Source: Octopus vulgaris (lineage: Eukaryota). From it: a DNA stretch of 64,000 nucleotides. Below, piece by piece: positions 51,821 through 64,000 of the stretch. A model generated the notes under the pieces. The model saw only the letters and a list, made by a program, of their open reading frames with translations, was not told the DNA's origin and did not search any database. The stretch's first letter is position 1, and every line of letters begins with the position of its first letter. The translations under genes were made by a program, and so were the position numbers. The stretch covers positions 48,794,001 to 48,858,000 of the forward strand of contig OX597814.1 in NCBI GenBank assembly GCA_951406725.2. The letters run 5' to 3'.

Positions 51821-52484
51821 GATTTATTTATATATATATATAACTAATTTTTTAAACATCCAAGGGAAATAACCTATAGCCGACCTAATTCTGCATTTCA
51901 CTACTCACAGTTTTGAACTGCTAAACATTTATTGCACTTCCTTAATTTGAATCTTAACCATTAAAGACTTCATTCATACATTTCTATACATATATACTGC
52001 ATTTATACAGTTACACTTTTTCCATGACAGTAGATAATTTTTTTTTATTCCATAACGTATTTGTAGTGGCTTCATGCAGGCATAGCGTAGATCCGAATCT
52101 CGATTGCCAAATTTCACTTAACACTTCAACAACGCTTTTCTCACGGTAAAACAATAGTTTTTTCTGTGAATGACGGCAGTTATACATTTCCCAGATGCCT
52201 TCGCTAAGCAGAATAATGTCTTTGCCACTCGCCAACCTCTCTCACCAACTTGTGGCAATCTTTCTCGCCAACCTCCAAAAACCTCACTCGCCAACCTCCA
52301 ACAATCTCTCCTAGTTCCAGCTGACAGTTTTTTATACTTTTTTGTGACGGAAAATACACCTTTTGTGGCAGTTGTAACGAAATTGCTTTCTTATATCAGA
52401 GTAATAACATCTTTATCCTCGGTAATTACCAGGTACACCAGCCAGCATATATATATATATATATATATTATTTTATTTTATTTA

Positions 52485-52770
52485 TGCACCCTTTTCAAGC
52501 CTAGCCAGGCACATGGCCCGGGTTCCCGGTTTCTGTGGCGTATATGTTCCCTCCAGCTGGACGGGACGCTAGTCCATCGCAGCGTTACTCAAGAAACAGG
52601 AAGAAAGAGTGAGAGAAAGTTAGAGCTAAAGAGTACGATAGGATTACCACCACCCTCTGTCGGAACCTTATGTGTTTTCGTTCAATAAACACACACAACG
52701 CCTGGTCTGGGAATCGAAACCGCGATCCTCCGACCGCGAGTCCGCTGCCCTAACCACTGTGTGCCTCCAC
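52485..52770 (-). mobile_element. Family C SINE with alternative 3' tail
   Basis: GGGAATCGAAACC (B box on -) and GCTGCCCTAACCACT head; tail CCCGGTTTCTGTGGC..CTAGCCAGG similar to the 7130-7355 tail. Confidence 0.75.
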
Positions 52771-52782
52771 ACACACATACAC

Positions 52783-52859
<77 letters not shown>

Positions 52860-52861
<2 letters not shown>

Positions 52862-53062
52862 CCTCGTGAGCACCGCCAGCAATTTTTTTTCCTCTGTCTT
52901 CCCTTCTCGGGATCTTTCCTTCTCCTTTGTTTCCGACGAAGAGCTCCGCTCGAAACGTTTAACCCTCCTTCTTCCCTTCTTTCCTGAGCGTCCAATAATA
53001 CTTTATTTGTTCCACGTCCTCGCGTTGCTTTTTTTTTTGTGTTTTCTTGTTTGGATTAACTT
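52860..53062 (+). mobile_element. Family H1 repeat with minimal hammerhead variant, ending at (TA)n
   Basis: 52929-52963 reads GTTT-CCGACGAA-GAGC-tcc-GCTC-GAAAC-GTT-TAAC; homologous to 1-180. Confidence 0.65.
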
Positions 53063-53094
53063 TATATATATTTATTTATTTATTTATTTATTTA

Positions 53095-53287
53095 ATTCTT
53101 TTACTCTTTTACCTGTTTCAGTCATTTGACTGCAGCCATCCTGGAGTACCGCCTGCAGTCGAGCAAATCGTCCCCATGACTCATTCTTTGTAAGGCCTAG
53201 TACTTATTCCATCGGTCTCTTTTGCCGAATCGCTAAGTAACGGAGACATAAACGCACCATCATCGATTGTCAAGCGATGTTGTGGGA
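53095..53287 (-). mobile_element. Family A SINE 3' half
   Basis: Match to the family A tail module. Confidence 0.85.
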
Positions 53288-55183
53288 GATCAGAATTAAT
53301 TTATAACTGCAGATATGATAAGTTGTACTTTCCAATTTCACAAGAACTATTGAGCCACATTTCATACTAACAAAAGAACAACCGGAAGTCAATATATCAC
53401 CATCTTGTCCGTAAGAGAAAATCGAAAACAAACAAAAGCATGATCCAAGCTGATAAATAAAAAAAAAAACTGACGATAAGATGTATCTGTTCCAGTATCA
53501 GCCCCGTCTGAGGATAGTCAAATGACAGAGGTGTTAAAAACGGAATGTTGTAAGCTGGGATTATAACCCTATGTATTGTGGTGTGTGTGTGTCTGTCTGT
53601 CTGTCTGTCCATCTTTTGTCTTTTTGTCTGTTTGTCTGTCTTTTTGTCTTTTTGTCTGTCTTTTTGTCTGTCTGTGTGCGTGTGTGTATGTGTGTCTATG
53701 TATTGTGAGGATATGCATACACACAAATATACGCACAAAAACATAGAACATCATTTGCGAGACCCCAATCTCCAGGATCAAGAGAAACAGAATTTGCAAC
53801 ACACTATTAGTGTCTGGCAATTAAACTATTTACTTTTCGTCTTCCATTTTATTTATATATTTATTTGATTGTTTATATGTCTGTTGTTCAATGCTGTTGA
53901 AACAAATGGTTAAAACTTTGTTAGTTCTCGAAAAGCTGATCTAATGATTTGGCCTATTATGAGATTTGAAGTCAGCATGGAGAAGTTTAACATATCTTCT
54001 CAAGTTATTTTATGTGAAGTATTCGTGATTTTTTTAATTTTATCTCTTTTACCTAGTTGTGTCAAGAAAATAGGTCGTTATTTTATTCTTATTTATTTAT
54101 TTATTTATTTGTGCATGTTTTCGTATCTGTGTAATTAACTATCTGTTGAAATTGAAAGCATCCAGAAGAGAATTTCTTGTTAGTCGAGACAGGAGCTTTT
54201 TAGTATTTTGTTTTCTATGTAAACCTTAAAGAGATGTAGGATTACCAACTAGATTATGAAGTATACAGTATTTTCTCCCTTCCCTTTCATATGAAAAAGA
54301 CTTTGGCATGTTTCCACGAAGCAGAGCTGATAGAAACTATGTCTGGATGATACCAATGTTGAAATAACGTTGAGGCTTCATAACAAAATAGAAATTTGAT
54401 AATGAAGACGAAGTGTCTGTAAAAGTATATAAACCGCTGTAGTCTATCGCATGTACTGCTGATAATTTAGAATATTAAAGACTATATTTCACAATATATT
54501 TAATACTTTATTATATTAATCAGTAGATTTGTTTAGCTATATCTCTACTTTAAAGTGTAGTAGCCAGGGAAGCTTTATGAAGAATTGTGCATTTGTTGAT
54601 ATAAATGGAGTAACCATATGAAATATTACTTACATGTAGAATGATACATCTTCAAGTATTTCAAGTATTTGAACAAACCCCCAACCTTGAGTAATACACA
54701 CCACAAGAGATAATTCACTAGTCACTCACTTTGATTCTCTAGTCTCTATCAAACTACCAAACCCTGGGGAAAACATTCTTCTTTGTAATATAGATCAAAG
54801 CAGATCCTTAAGGCTTATCAAAATTATGTAATGATAATCCGTCACTCAATGGTTTCAATTCCTCACCTAGTCCTTGGATGGCTTGAGTATGTTCCGCTCT
54901 ATTGCATTCTAGACAAGTCACCCATCTCAGTATAACTTTCTTTTCTCGCCAGTATCAGAAGACTGAAAAAGACCCATGGGCACTTCCATTCTTCTTTTAA
55001 AAATAAACAAAATAACAGAATAAAGAGTATATTTTGTCAATGCTATTCTTCATGACACAATTGCAGATATAAAAATAATTATATCCAAAATAAGAATAAC
55101 TGTGTTAATTAAATAGCCATTAACTGAGTTCAATGCAAAACACTAGTATACGAAATGCACACGCGTGCGCACACACATTATAC

Positions 55184-55252
<69 letters not shown>

Positions 55253-55314
55253 CATATACATACATACACACACATGCATAAGCATATATGTGTGTGTATA
55301 TATATATATATATA

Positions 55315-55540
55315 ACGGGAAGGTTCACGAAAATAAACAAAAGACGAAGGCAGGTGGAGTACAAACAAACAAACAAATGTATTAGTATAGCACTCAGGAA
55401 TAGAAATAGAAAAAGTCTTTTACGTTTCGAGCCTACGCTCTTCGACAGAAAGATACACAGAAAAAAACAAGGAGAGAAACAAGGAGAGAGAAAAGGGAGA
55501 GAAAAAAAGGAGAGAAAAAATGCGTGTAGGAGCTAACGAT
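55315..55540 (-). mobile_element. Family H2 repeat with minimal hammerhead variant, (TA)n-flanked
   Basis: 55417-55452 (-) reads CTTT-CTGTCGAA-GAGC-gtag-GCTC-GAAAC-GTA-AAAG. Copies at 63262-63420, 21382-21448 (partial) and 35620-35725. Confidence 0.65.
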
Positions 55541-55801
55541 CTTTATATATTATGCTTGTGTTTGTTTCGAGTTATAATAAAGATAATTTTAAGATTAAGG
55601 GGAAGGATTACTCAATTCTTTCTGTAGAGTACATATTTAATATTCTTTAACAAGAATAATCTTAACAGTGACTCCGAAGTTTCGGCTTGCTTAGCTTTCG
55701 TCAGACTGTCCGGTGTTGGGTAAGCAGGTCGAAACTTGAAAGTCGCTGGCAACACTACTCTTGTTAAAGAATTAGATAAATAGACAGACAGACAGACAGA
55801 C

Positions 55802-55872
<71 letters not shown>

Positions 55873-55883
55873 AAGCAAGTGTG

Positions 55884-55942
<59 letters not shown>

Positions 55943-56041
55943 ACTGGTTGAGTGAGTGAGTGAGTGAAGAAATTGGATCAACTTGAAACAACTAACTTGT
56001 AAACATGTAAAACATAAAATAAAACAAATAAAAGTATGAAT

Positions 56042-57323
56042 GGATCCATTCAGTTTCACTCACAGATTAAACATTTTTATAAAACTAAAGTTAGACTAAA
56101 CTGGTGTAATTTCTCATGGTGAACACGGTTCACTTTCAACATTTTTGACAAAATTTCATATTATAGAAATTATTTCGTGTTAAAGTTGTCGTATTTGGGT
56201 GATTTTAATCAATCAACGAAGTGTATTCAGTGGAAGAAAGCTATTGCTGTTTGCGATAGTAATCGAAGAGGAACAACTTCTGGATCATCTCTACTAAATG
56301 TCACCAATGTTCTATTCATATGTCAAGCGAAGGGTAAAGGGAAAGCGTTGCTGCTTGGTCATAGCTGACACAAAAGTGAAACTTTCTTCCTTTCTAGTCA
56401 GCACCATATATTCCTTACTCTTTCCCTCTCTACTGGCAGACAGCCACTTCTACACTATCAACTACCAACCAGTGAGCGAACTTGTCACTGCCACTACAAT
56501 TACTGCTATATCTCTAACTACATGTCAGGCGAACGAATAAATATATGTAAATAATATTTCTTCCTTCTTGGCGTTGATTCTTTGATGTTTACTGGTTACT
56601 CCGATGCGAGAACCAAAAGAAAAAAAAACACAAAGTATGTAATATGCAACTCAGACAGTAAACAAACAAAATAGAACAGGGTGGTGACATTTAGTAGAGA
56701 TGACCCGGAAGTTGTTCCTCTTCGATTACTATCGCAAACAGTAGTAACTTTCTTCAGCTGAATGTTGAAAATAAACCGTATTCAGTGTGAAAAATTACAC
56801 ATTATACAAAGTTTCAAAGTGTTTAATTAAAAAAAATAATCAAAAAATCTGTGATCGAAACTGAACATATCCAACATTTTTGACAAAATTTCGTATTTTA
56901 GAAATTACTTTGTATTAAAGCTGTCGTATTTGGGCAATTTTAATCAATCAACGACGTGTATTCAACTGAAGAAAGTTTACTATCGCAAATAGCAGTAGCT
57001 TTCTTCAACTGAATACACGTCATTGATTGGTTAAAATTACCCAAATACGACAAGATTTAACACGAAATAACTTCTAAAATACGAAATTTTGTCAAAAATG
57101 TTGAAAGCGAACGGTGTTCCCAATGTGAAATTACACCAGTATACTAAATTTCAAAGTGTAAAAAAATAATAATTAAAAAGTCTGTGAGCGAAACAGAACA
57201 GATCCAAAATGTTGAAAGTGGACCGTGTTCAGTGTGAGAAATTACACCAGTATACGAAGTTTCAAACTGTTTAGTTAAAAAAAAAATAATCAAAACAAAC
57301 TGTGATCGAAACTGAACAGATCC
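56042..57323. mobile_element. Compound GGATC-terminated fold-back element with three right-end modules
   Basis: Left arm 56042-56305; inverted partners at 56683-56765 and 56980-57120; GAAAC(T/A)GAACA(G/T)ATCC ends at ~56872, ~57205 and ~57323. Confidence 0.75.
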
Positions 57324-58198
57324 ATATGGGATAATTGATATAAGTGTTGTATCAACTGGAATGAAGTGTAAATAGTGTTAGAATTCAGTTACAACAACAG
57401 CAGGAAAAAAAACAAAAAAACAATGCACCTCTCGTTGAGCAAGTCGCACAATCCGTCTATTAATCATCAAGATTCTTCTACAACTGATCAAAACGTCTGT
57501 CACAACAGCCAGCTGCTCTAGTATATTTATTTGTTGATATATTAGAATTTTAGTTCCTCTCAACACAAGCTACATAACTTGTCAGAAATATTTCCTCGGA
57601 ATCTTTCAAGATATTGAACAGCCAGCCTTACTGTATATTATAGTTAAATCTACCAGAACTCTTTCCACCGCCACCACTGTTACTATAATCATTCCTTGCC
57701 CTTTCAATTTCACACTTACCGGTCCTCGGTCCGCCATATTAGTATCACTACCTTCACCCTCACTCACTCACTACCACCACTACCACCATCACCATCACCA
57801 CCACCAACAACAACAACAGCAACAACACCAGCAGCGACTTTTTCAGTCTCGTTGCCACCATCGTCAGTTTCAGTGAGACTGCCAATGCGTATGCCAACAT
57901 TGATAGACAGCTCGGCCGTGCTTGCCATCAACGAAAACAATTATTGTTCTAGGTCCCGGTGTTATTATACACAGTAGGCAAAGACTGACGGTAGAACGGT
58001 ATTTTTGATTTTGTTTGTCTCTGTCGGTATGAGTTTGTGTGAGTGAGGATAAGTGTGTGTGTGTGCGTGTGCGTGTGTGTATGTTTGTGTATTTGTATGA
58101 ATGTATGTATTTTAGGATACGTGCGTGTACACAATTATGTGGGAGTAGAAAAATACACACACAAACACACATACATACATACATACATACATGCATGC

Positions 58199-58253
<55 letters not shown>

Positions 58254-58311
58254 CATACATACACAAATACAAACATATGTGTGTATGTATATACACGCAT
58301 ATATATATATG

Positions 58312-58374
<63 letters not shown>

Positions 58375-58386
58375 ATACATGCATAC

Positions 58387-58457
<71 letters not shown>

Positions 58458-58500
58458 TATACACACACATATATATATACACAGATATATATATATACTC

Positions 58501-58532
<32 letters not shown>

Positions 58533-59055
58533 GCACACACACACAGACATGAGTGTGTGTATCTATATAGTCAAACATACTTGTATTAACAGATATATAT
58601 AAATTCAAATACATGCATACAGATAGACAGGCCTTTCTACACTTACACACACACCTACACACACACACACACATATACACACACACTCACACACATACAA
58701 ATTAGTTCACCTTCTGTCCAGGTGCGCTTGTATTGAATTTTGATAGCATTAACAGAACTGAGTGTGTGTCAGATAACAGCTGCTGGAACTGTTACAAATG
58801 GTCGAAACGTCAGAGAATATTCAAGAACAAATGCCGACTTCGTCAGCCCTACGCTATCATCTATCTAGCTAATAGATGGTGCCTCGAGTTGCCTTCTACT
58901 TAGGTCTCAAGTGAAAATTGTTCGTTTAGTCTTTTCACGAATAGAACACTTCGTGAAGAAGCAAATTAGAGAATTGGAAATGAAAATAGCGATAGAACGT
59001 AAGAAAGGAGGAAGGAAGGAAGGGAAGATATAAAGAACATAAATAGAGCATAAAT

Positions 59056-59218
59056 AGGCGCAGGAGTGGCTGTGTGGTAAGTAGCTTGCTTACCAGCCAT
59101 ACGGTTCCTGGTTCTGTCCTACTGCGTGGCACCTTGGGCAAGTGTCTTCTACTATAGCCTCGAGCCGACCAAAGCCTTGTGAGTGGATTTGGCAGACGGA
59201 AACTGAAAGAAGCCCGTC

Positions 59219-59272
<54 letters not shown>

Positions 59273-59443
59273 GTGTGTGTTTGTGTGTCTGTGTTTGTCC
59301 CTCCAACATCGCTTGACAACCGATAGAATAAGTACTAGGCTTACAAAGAATAAGTCCTGGGGTTGGTTTGCTCGACTAAAAGGCGGTGCTCCAGCATGGC
59401 CGCAGTCAAATGACTAAAACAAGTGAAAGAGAAAGAGTAAAAG

Positions 59444-59445
<2 letters not shown>
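59056..59445 (+). mobile_element. Family A SINE, near full length
   Basis: AGGCGCAGGAGTGGCTGTGTGG head, CORE-like GCACCTTGGGCAAGTG, internal (TA)n. Confidence 0.9.
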
Positions 59446-59515
<70 letters not shown>

Positions 59516-59516
<1 letters not shown>

Positions 59517-59843
59517 TGTTTCTTTATTAGCCACACAGGGCTGTACACAGACAGGACAAATTACAAGGTAGAGCTTTTCTTTTGGGGGTAAAAAAGGGGG
59601 TTTGGTTTTCGATCAAAAGGGATCGTAAAAGGAAAGAGAGAGGACAAAAAAGGGGGTGGGATAGAAAATAAAAGGAAAAGGAAAAAAATCGATCAATAGG
59701 GATCGTTATCACAGAAATGTCAATATAAAGTGTAAAGGGGAGGACAGGTGAGGTTTACCCGTGGAAAGAAAAGCCTACGGAAAAGACAACGGTAACCTCG
59801 GTCAATGAAGTCACATGTTATATTGACCGAGGTTACCGTGGTC
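59516..59843 (-). mobile_element. LINE-like 3' UTR fragment inserted in (GATA)n, with terminal inverted duplication
   Basis: Minus strand ends GCCCTGTGTGGCTAATAAAGAAAC followed by (CTAT)n; (GATA)n on both sides; 18-bp perfect inverted repeat 59789-59806/59822-59839. Confidence 0.6.
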
Positions 59844-60089
59844 TATAGATAGATAGATAGATAGATAGGCTTAAGAAGAAAAAGGAATGAGTAAAAAAAA
59901 TTTTAAGATAATTAAAAAGTGAAATGCCTTAAATCATTTGGTCGTAAAAGACACCACATGAAAATTAATTCTTATGTGCAGCATATATACATTCGTCTAT
60001 ACATATACATATCTAAAGAGTAGATGTATGTATGGGTCATTTGTGTCTGACAACACCCTTCCCTTTCCAAGCATGGAATGATTTGAACT

Positions 60090-60486
60090 CTCTCTTTACT
60101 CTTTTACTTGTTTCAGTCATTTGACAGCGGCCATGCTGGAGCACCGCCTTTAGTCGAGCAAATCGACCCCGGGACTTATTCTTTGTAAGCCCAGTACTTA
60201 TTCAATCGGTCTCTTTTGCCGAACCGCTAAGTGACGGGGACGTAAACACACCAGCATCGGTTGTCAAGCAATGCTAGGGGGACAAACACAGACACACAAA
60301 CATACATACATATATATACATATATACGACAGGCTTCTTTCAGTTTCCATCTACCAAATCCACTCACAAGGCATTGGTCGGCCTGGGGCTATAGCAGATG
60401 ACACTTGCCCAAGATGCCACGCAGTGGGACTGAACCCGGAACCATGTGGTTGGTAAGCAAGCTACTTACCACACAGCCACTCCTGC
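60090..60486 (-). mobile_element. Family A SINE, full length
   Basis: Reverse-complement match to 22804-23275. Confidence 0.9.
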
Positions 60487-60571
60487 GAACTGCAAGGTGA
60501 AGAACCACTCTTTAATTATAGGAGTCCCGTTAACGCTCCACTCAGGTACTTTCCTTCATTGTGTAGCTGAT

Positions 60572-60847
60572 ATAGATATATATACATACGTGCATACACA
60601 CACACACACGTACACACACATACGCACACGGATACACACACACACTCACACACAACCACGCGCACACTCACACACACACACACACACACCTAGATACACT
60701 CGCAGTTGTTATGACGCCGATTATAAATATTACAACTGCGAGTGTATCTAGGTGTGTATGTGTGCGTGTGTGCATGTGTGTGTGTGTCTGTGTGCGTATG
60801 TGTGTGTGTGTACATGTGTGTGTATGCACGTATGTATATGTATCTAT
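60572..60847. repeat. Fold-back of (CA)/(TG) arms with a unique 26-bp stem
   Basis: ACACACCTAGATACACTCGCAGTTGT (60684-60709) pairs with ACAACTGCGAGTGTATCTAGGTGTGT (60732-60757). Confidence 0.8.
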
Positions 60848-60897
60848 AACACACAAACACTCACACACACACATATGCATTTATATGTAATGTATAT

Positions 60898-61062
60898 AGG
60901 CGCAGCAGTGGCTATGTGGTAAGAAGCTTGCTTACCAACCACATAGTTCCGGGTTCAGTCTCACTGCATGGCCCCTTGGGTGAGTGTCTTCTGCAATAGC
61001 CTCGAGACGACCAAAGCCTTGTCAGTGGATTTGGTAGACGGAAACTGAAATAAGCACCACGT
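60898..61062 (+). mobile_element. Family A SINE 5' half
   Basis: Head and CORE-like module. Confidence 0.85.
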
Positions 61063-61091
61063 ATGTATGTATGTATATATATATATATATA

Positions 61092-61295
61092 GGTTAATCC
61101 AAACGGGAAAACAGAAAAAACAACAACACGTGGAACAATTACAGTATTATTATTATTAGGCGCTCAGGAAAATGGAAGAAGGAGGGTATGACGTTTCGAG
61201 CGGAGGTCTTCGTCGGAGACATAGGAGAAAGAAAGATCCCGAGACGGGAGGACAGAGGAAAAAAAATTGCAGGTAGTCTTCACGAGGTCACATAC
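61092..61295 (-). mobile_element. Family H1 repeat with degenerate minimal hammerhead
   Basis: 61186-61220 (-) reads GTCT-CCGACGAA-GACC-tcc-GCTC-GAAAC-GTC-ATAC; 3' end abuts (TA)n at ~61075-61091. Confidence 0.6.
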
Positions 61296-62019
61296 TAAAA
61301 AGACGGAAGTGGTAAAAAAGGAGGAAAATGTTTTTTAAAAACAGGAGAGCTGAATCAAAGAGGGAATGGTAAAAAAGGTGTGCGAGATGACGAGGGTGTG
61401 TGTGTGAATGTGTGCGTGTGTGTGTATGTGTGTGTATGGTGGACAGTGGCTAGTAGCAGGCAGTAGTAGAATTAAAGGAGTGAGGTGGGGGTACCCTAGC
61501 AAGTCAGAAAGGCAGATCAGAAACAGGGAGGTATGTGTGTGTGCGTGTGTATGTATGTGTGAGTGTGTGCGTGTGCGTGTGTGTATGTGTGTGTGAGGCG
61601 AGATAAAAAAACAAAAAATATGTATATGTTAGTGCGTGCAGGGCGAACGGATGACATAGCAAGTCTCGAGTGAGTGGTCAGTGGTAAAAAAAGGGAGGAA
61701 GGAGGGAAGAAGGGAAGGAGGGAAAGGGTGGGGGCGTATGTAACGTGCCAGTGTGTGTGTTGAGTGGTAGTGTGTGTGTGTGTCCAGTGTGCGTAGTTGT
61801 GTGTATGGCAAGTAAATTTGAAGTGTGTGTAAGTGTAATGTATATATATATGCAAATGTGTGTGTGTGTCAAAGAGGGGGGGTTAAGGAAAAAACTGCAG
61901 CGGAGGGGGGGCAAGGGGAAGATGGAAGAGTGGTCCCGCGGCGACAGGCGTGGGAGAACCCAAAGACACGCGCCGGCCCCAGATACGTACAGGAGATCTA
62001 GTCGGTCACCCACGAGCGT

Positions 62020-63260
62020 GGTGCATGCATGCGTGTATGCGTGCGCGAACGTGCACAAGCGTGTATGTGCGCGCGCCTGCGAGTGTGTGTGTAAGTATGT
62101 ATGTGTGTGGATGTGTGAGTGTGTCTGTGTGTAAGTCTGGGTGTCAGTGTGTCCGATGAATGTATGTAAGTATGTGTGTGTATATGTGTGTATATAGATG
62201 TATGTCCGTGTGTGTGTGTGTGTATGTGTATGAGTGTGTATGTATGTACGTGTGTGTGTGGAAGTGTGTGTATGTGCATGTGTGTGCGCGTGCATGCAGG
62301 TGTGTGAGTGAGTGTGTGTGTGTATGTGTGAGTGTGTATGTCTGTGTGTGTAGGATACATGTATGTGTATGGGTGTATGTATGTGTGTGTGTGTATGTAT
62401 GTGTACGTGCGTGTGTGTGTGTGTATGCATGTATGCATGTATGCGTATGCATGTGCGTATGTGTGTGTGTGTGTGCATGTGTGTAGGTATATATGTATGT
62501 GCGTATATGTGTGTGTATGTGCGTACATGTGTGTGAGTGTATGCATGTGTGTGTATGTAGGTGTATGTATGTATGTATGTATGTATGTATGGGTGTGTGT
62601 ATGTATGTGTGTGTATGCATGTGTGTGTATGTAGGTGTGTAGGCGTGTGTGTATAGGTGTATGTATGTATGTATGTATGGGTGTATCCGTGTGTGTTTGT
62701 GTGTGTGTATGCATGTGTATGTAGGTGTGTGTGTACGTATGTAATATATGTATGTATGCGTGTGTGTGCGTGTGTATGCGTGTGTGTGTGTATGTAGGTG
62801 CGTATGTATGTGTGTGGGAGTGTAGGTGTGTGTGTGCGTGTATGTGTGCGTGTGCGTGTATATGTTGGTGTGTGTGTGTGTGTGAGTGTGAGTGTATGGG
62901 TGTTTGTCATGCATGTGTGTGCGCGTGCAGGCGAGTGTGTGTGTAAGTATGTGTGTGTGTGTATGTATGTGTGAGTGTGTATGTGTGTATGTCTGTGTGT
63001 ATGTATGTGCGTATAGGAGTATGTAAGTATGTGTGTGTGTATATGTGTGGGTGTATGTATATATGTATGTGTGTGTGTGTGTGCATGTGTGTAAGTATAT
63101 GTGTGTGGGCGTATGTATGTGTATGTGTGTGTGTTTATGTATGTGTGTATGTATGTGTGTAGGCGTGTGTGTATAGGTGTATGTATGTATGGGTGTGTGT
63201 CTGTGAGTGTTTGTGTGTGTGTGTAGGTATGTGTGTATGTATGAGTGAAGGTATGGCTGT
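62020..63260. repeat. Long degenerate (TG)/(TATG) low-complexity tract
   Basis: About 1.2 kb of alternating purine-pyrimidine sequence; source of the 238-410 aa H/T/Y ORFs. Confidence 0.95.
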
Positions 63261-63261
63261 G

Positions 63262-63420
63262 TAGGAGAGTTTACGAAAAAAAACAAAAGACGAAGACAGG
63301 TGGTGTACAAAACAAACAGATGTATTAGTATAACGCTCAGGAATAGAAAAAGTCTTTTACGTTTCGAGCCTACGCTCTTCTACAGAAAGGGACACAGAAA
63401 AAAACAAGGAGAGAAAAATA
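63262..63420 (-). mobile_element. Family H2 repeat with minimal hammerhead variant
   Basis: 63354-63389 (-) reads CTTT-CTGTAGAA-GAGC-gtag-GCTC-GAAAC-GTA-AAAG. Confidence 0.65.
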
Positions 63421-63494
63421 TATACATACATACATACATACATACATACATACATACATACATACATACATACATACATACATACATGAATTTG

Positions 63495-63690
63495 TGTGTT
63501 TGTGTTAGTCCCCCACCATCGGTTGACAACCGATGTTGGTGTGTTTACGTTTCCCGTAACTTAGCGGTTCGGCAAAAGAGACCGATATAATAAGTACTAG
63601 GCTTACAAAAAATAAGTCCTGGGGTCGATTTGTTTGCCTAAAGACGGTGCTCCAGCAAGACCGCAGTCAAATGATTGAAGACGCAAAAAA
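63495..63690 (+). mobile_element. Family A SINE 3' half
   Basis: Match to the family A tail module. Confidence 0.8.
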
Positions 63691-64000
63691 ACCCTCTTCA
63701 GTTGAAGTGCTTACCGTGAGTATCATTTGATTTTATACATGCATTCATACATACATTCATACAAACATACATACATACATACATTCTTACGTACATGCAT
63801 GCATGCATACATGCATACATAAATACATACATACATATATACATACATACATTCATATATATATATAGTTGAGAATATGTGGAAAACATAAAAACTGGAA
63901 GAGAAATGCCTTCGTTTCACATAGTTTAATATCTTTTTAAAAGAAATTTTTTTTTATATATAGATATTTTATGGATGTAGTAATATCCAACCGTTTTTCG

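Noticed and set aside
58800-58850. Minus-strand CUGACGAA-GUCGG..CUGAC
   Set aside because: Followed by GUUUCG instead of GAAAC, and there is no stem I.
61900-62000. HDV-like ribozyme suggested by GGCCGGC and UCCCACG on the minus strand
   Set aside because: Could not form the P1/P3/P2 pairings.
57870-63310. 200-410 aa H/T/Y/I/C/V-rich ORFs
   Set aside because: Dinucleotide and tetranucleotide repeats that lack stop codons; no coding signal.

Overview
AT-rich, microsatellite-dense, essentially non-genic animal DNA. The SINE types and TTAGGG-like repeats suggest an octopus or other cephalopod (inference). No intact host protein-coding gene is recognisable, and almost all listed ORFs are translations of simple repeats. 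The window is a mosaic of tRNA-headed SINEs (three families), decayed LINEs (L1/Tx1-, RTE- and CR1-like), Penelope-like remnants, mariner and Tigger/pogo remnants, and several MITEs. The most notable signal is a high density of hammerhead-ribozyme (HHR) motifs. Two ORF-less elements (196-741, +, 400-nt period; 47485-48221, -, about 529-nt period) are each about 1.4 tandem copies of a monomer, carry a well-formed type-I hammerhead with a palindromic stem-III loop, and sit between (TA)n tracts. This is the architecture expected of retrozyme-like circular RNAs copied back into the genome. Several more minimal hammerhead motifs with co-varying stems occur in other (TA)n-associated families, one of them behind a tRNA-like Pol III head. 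All calls were made by eye; no database search or folding program was run.
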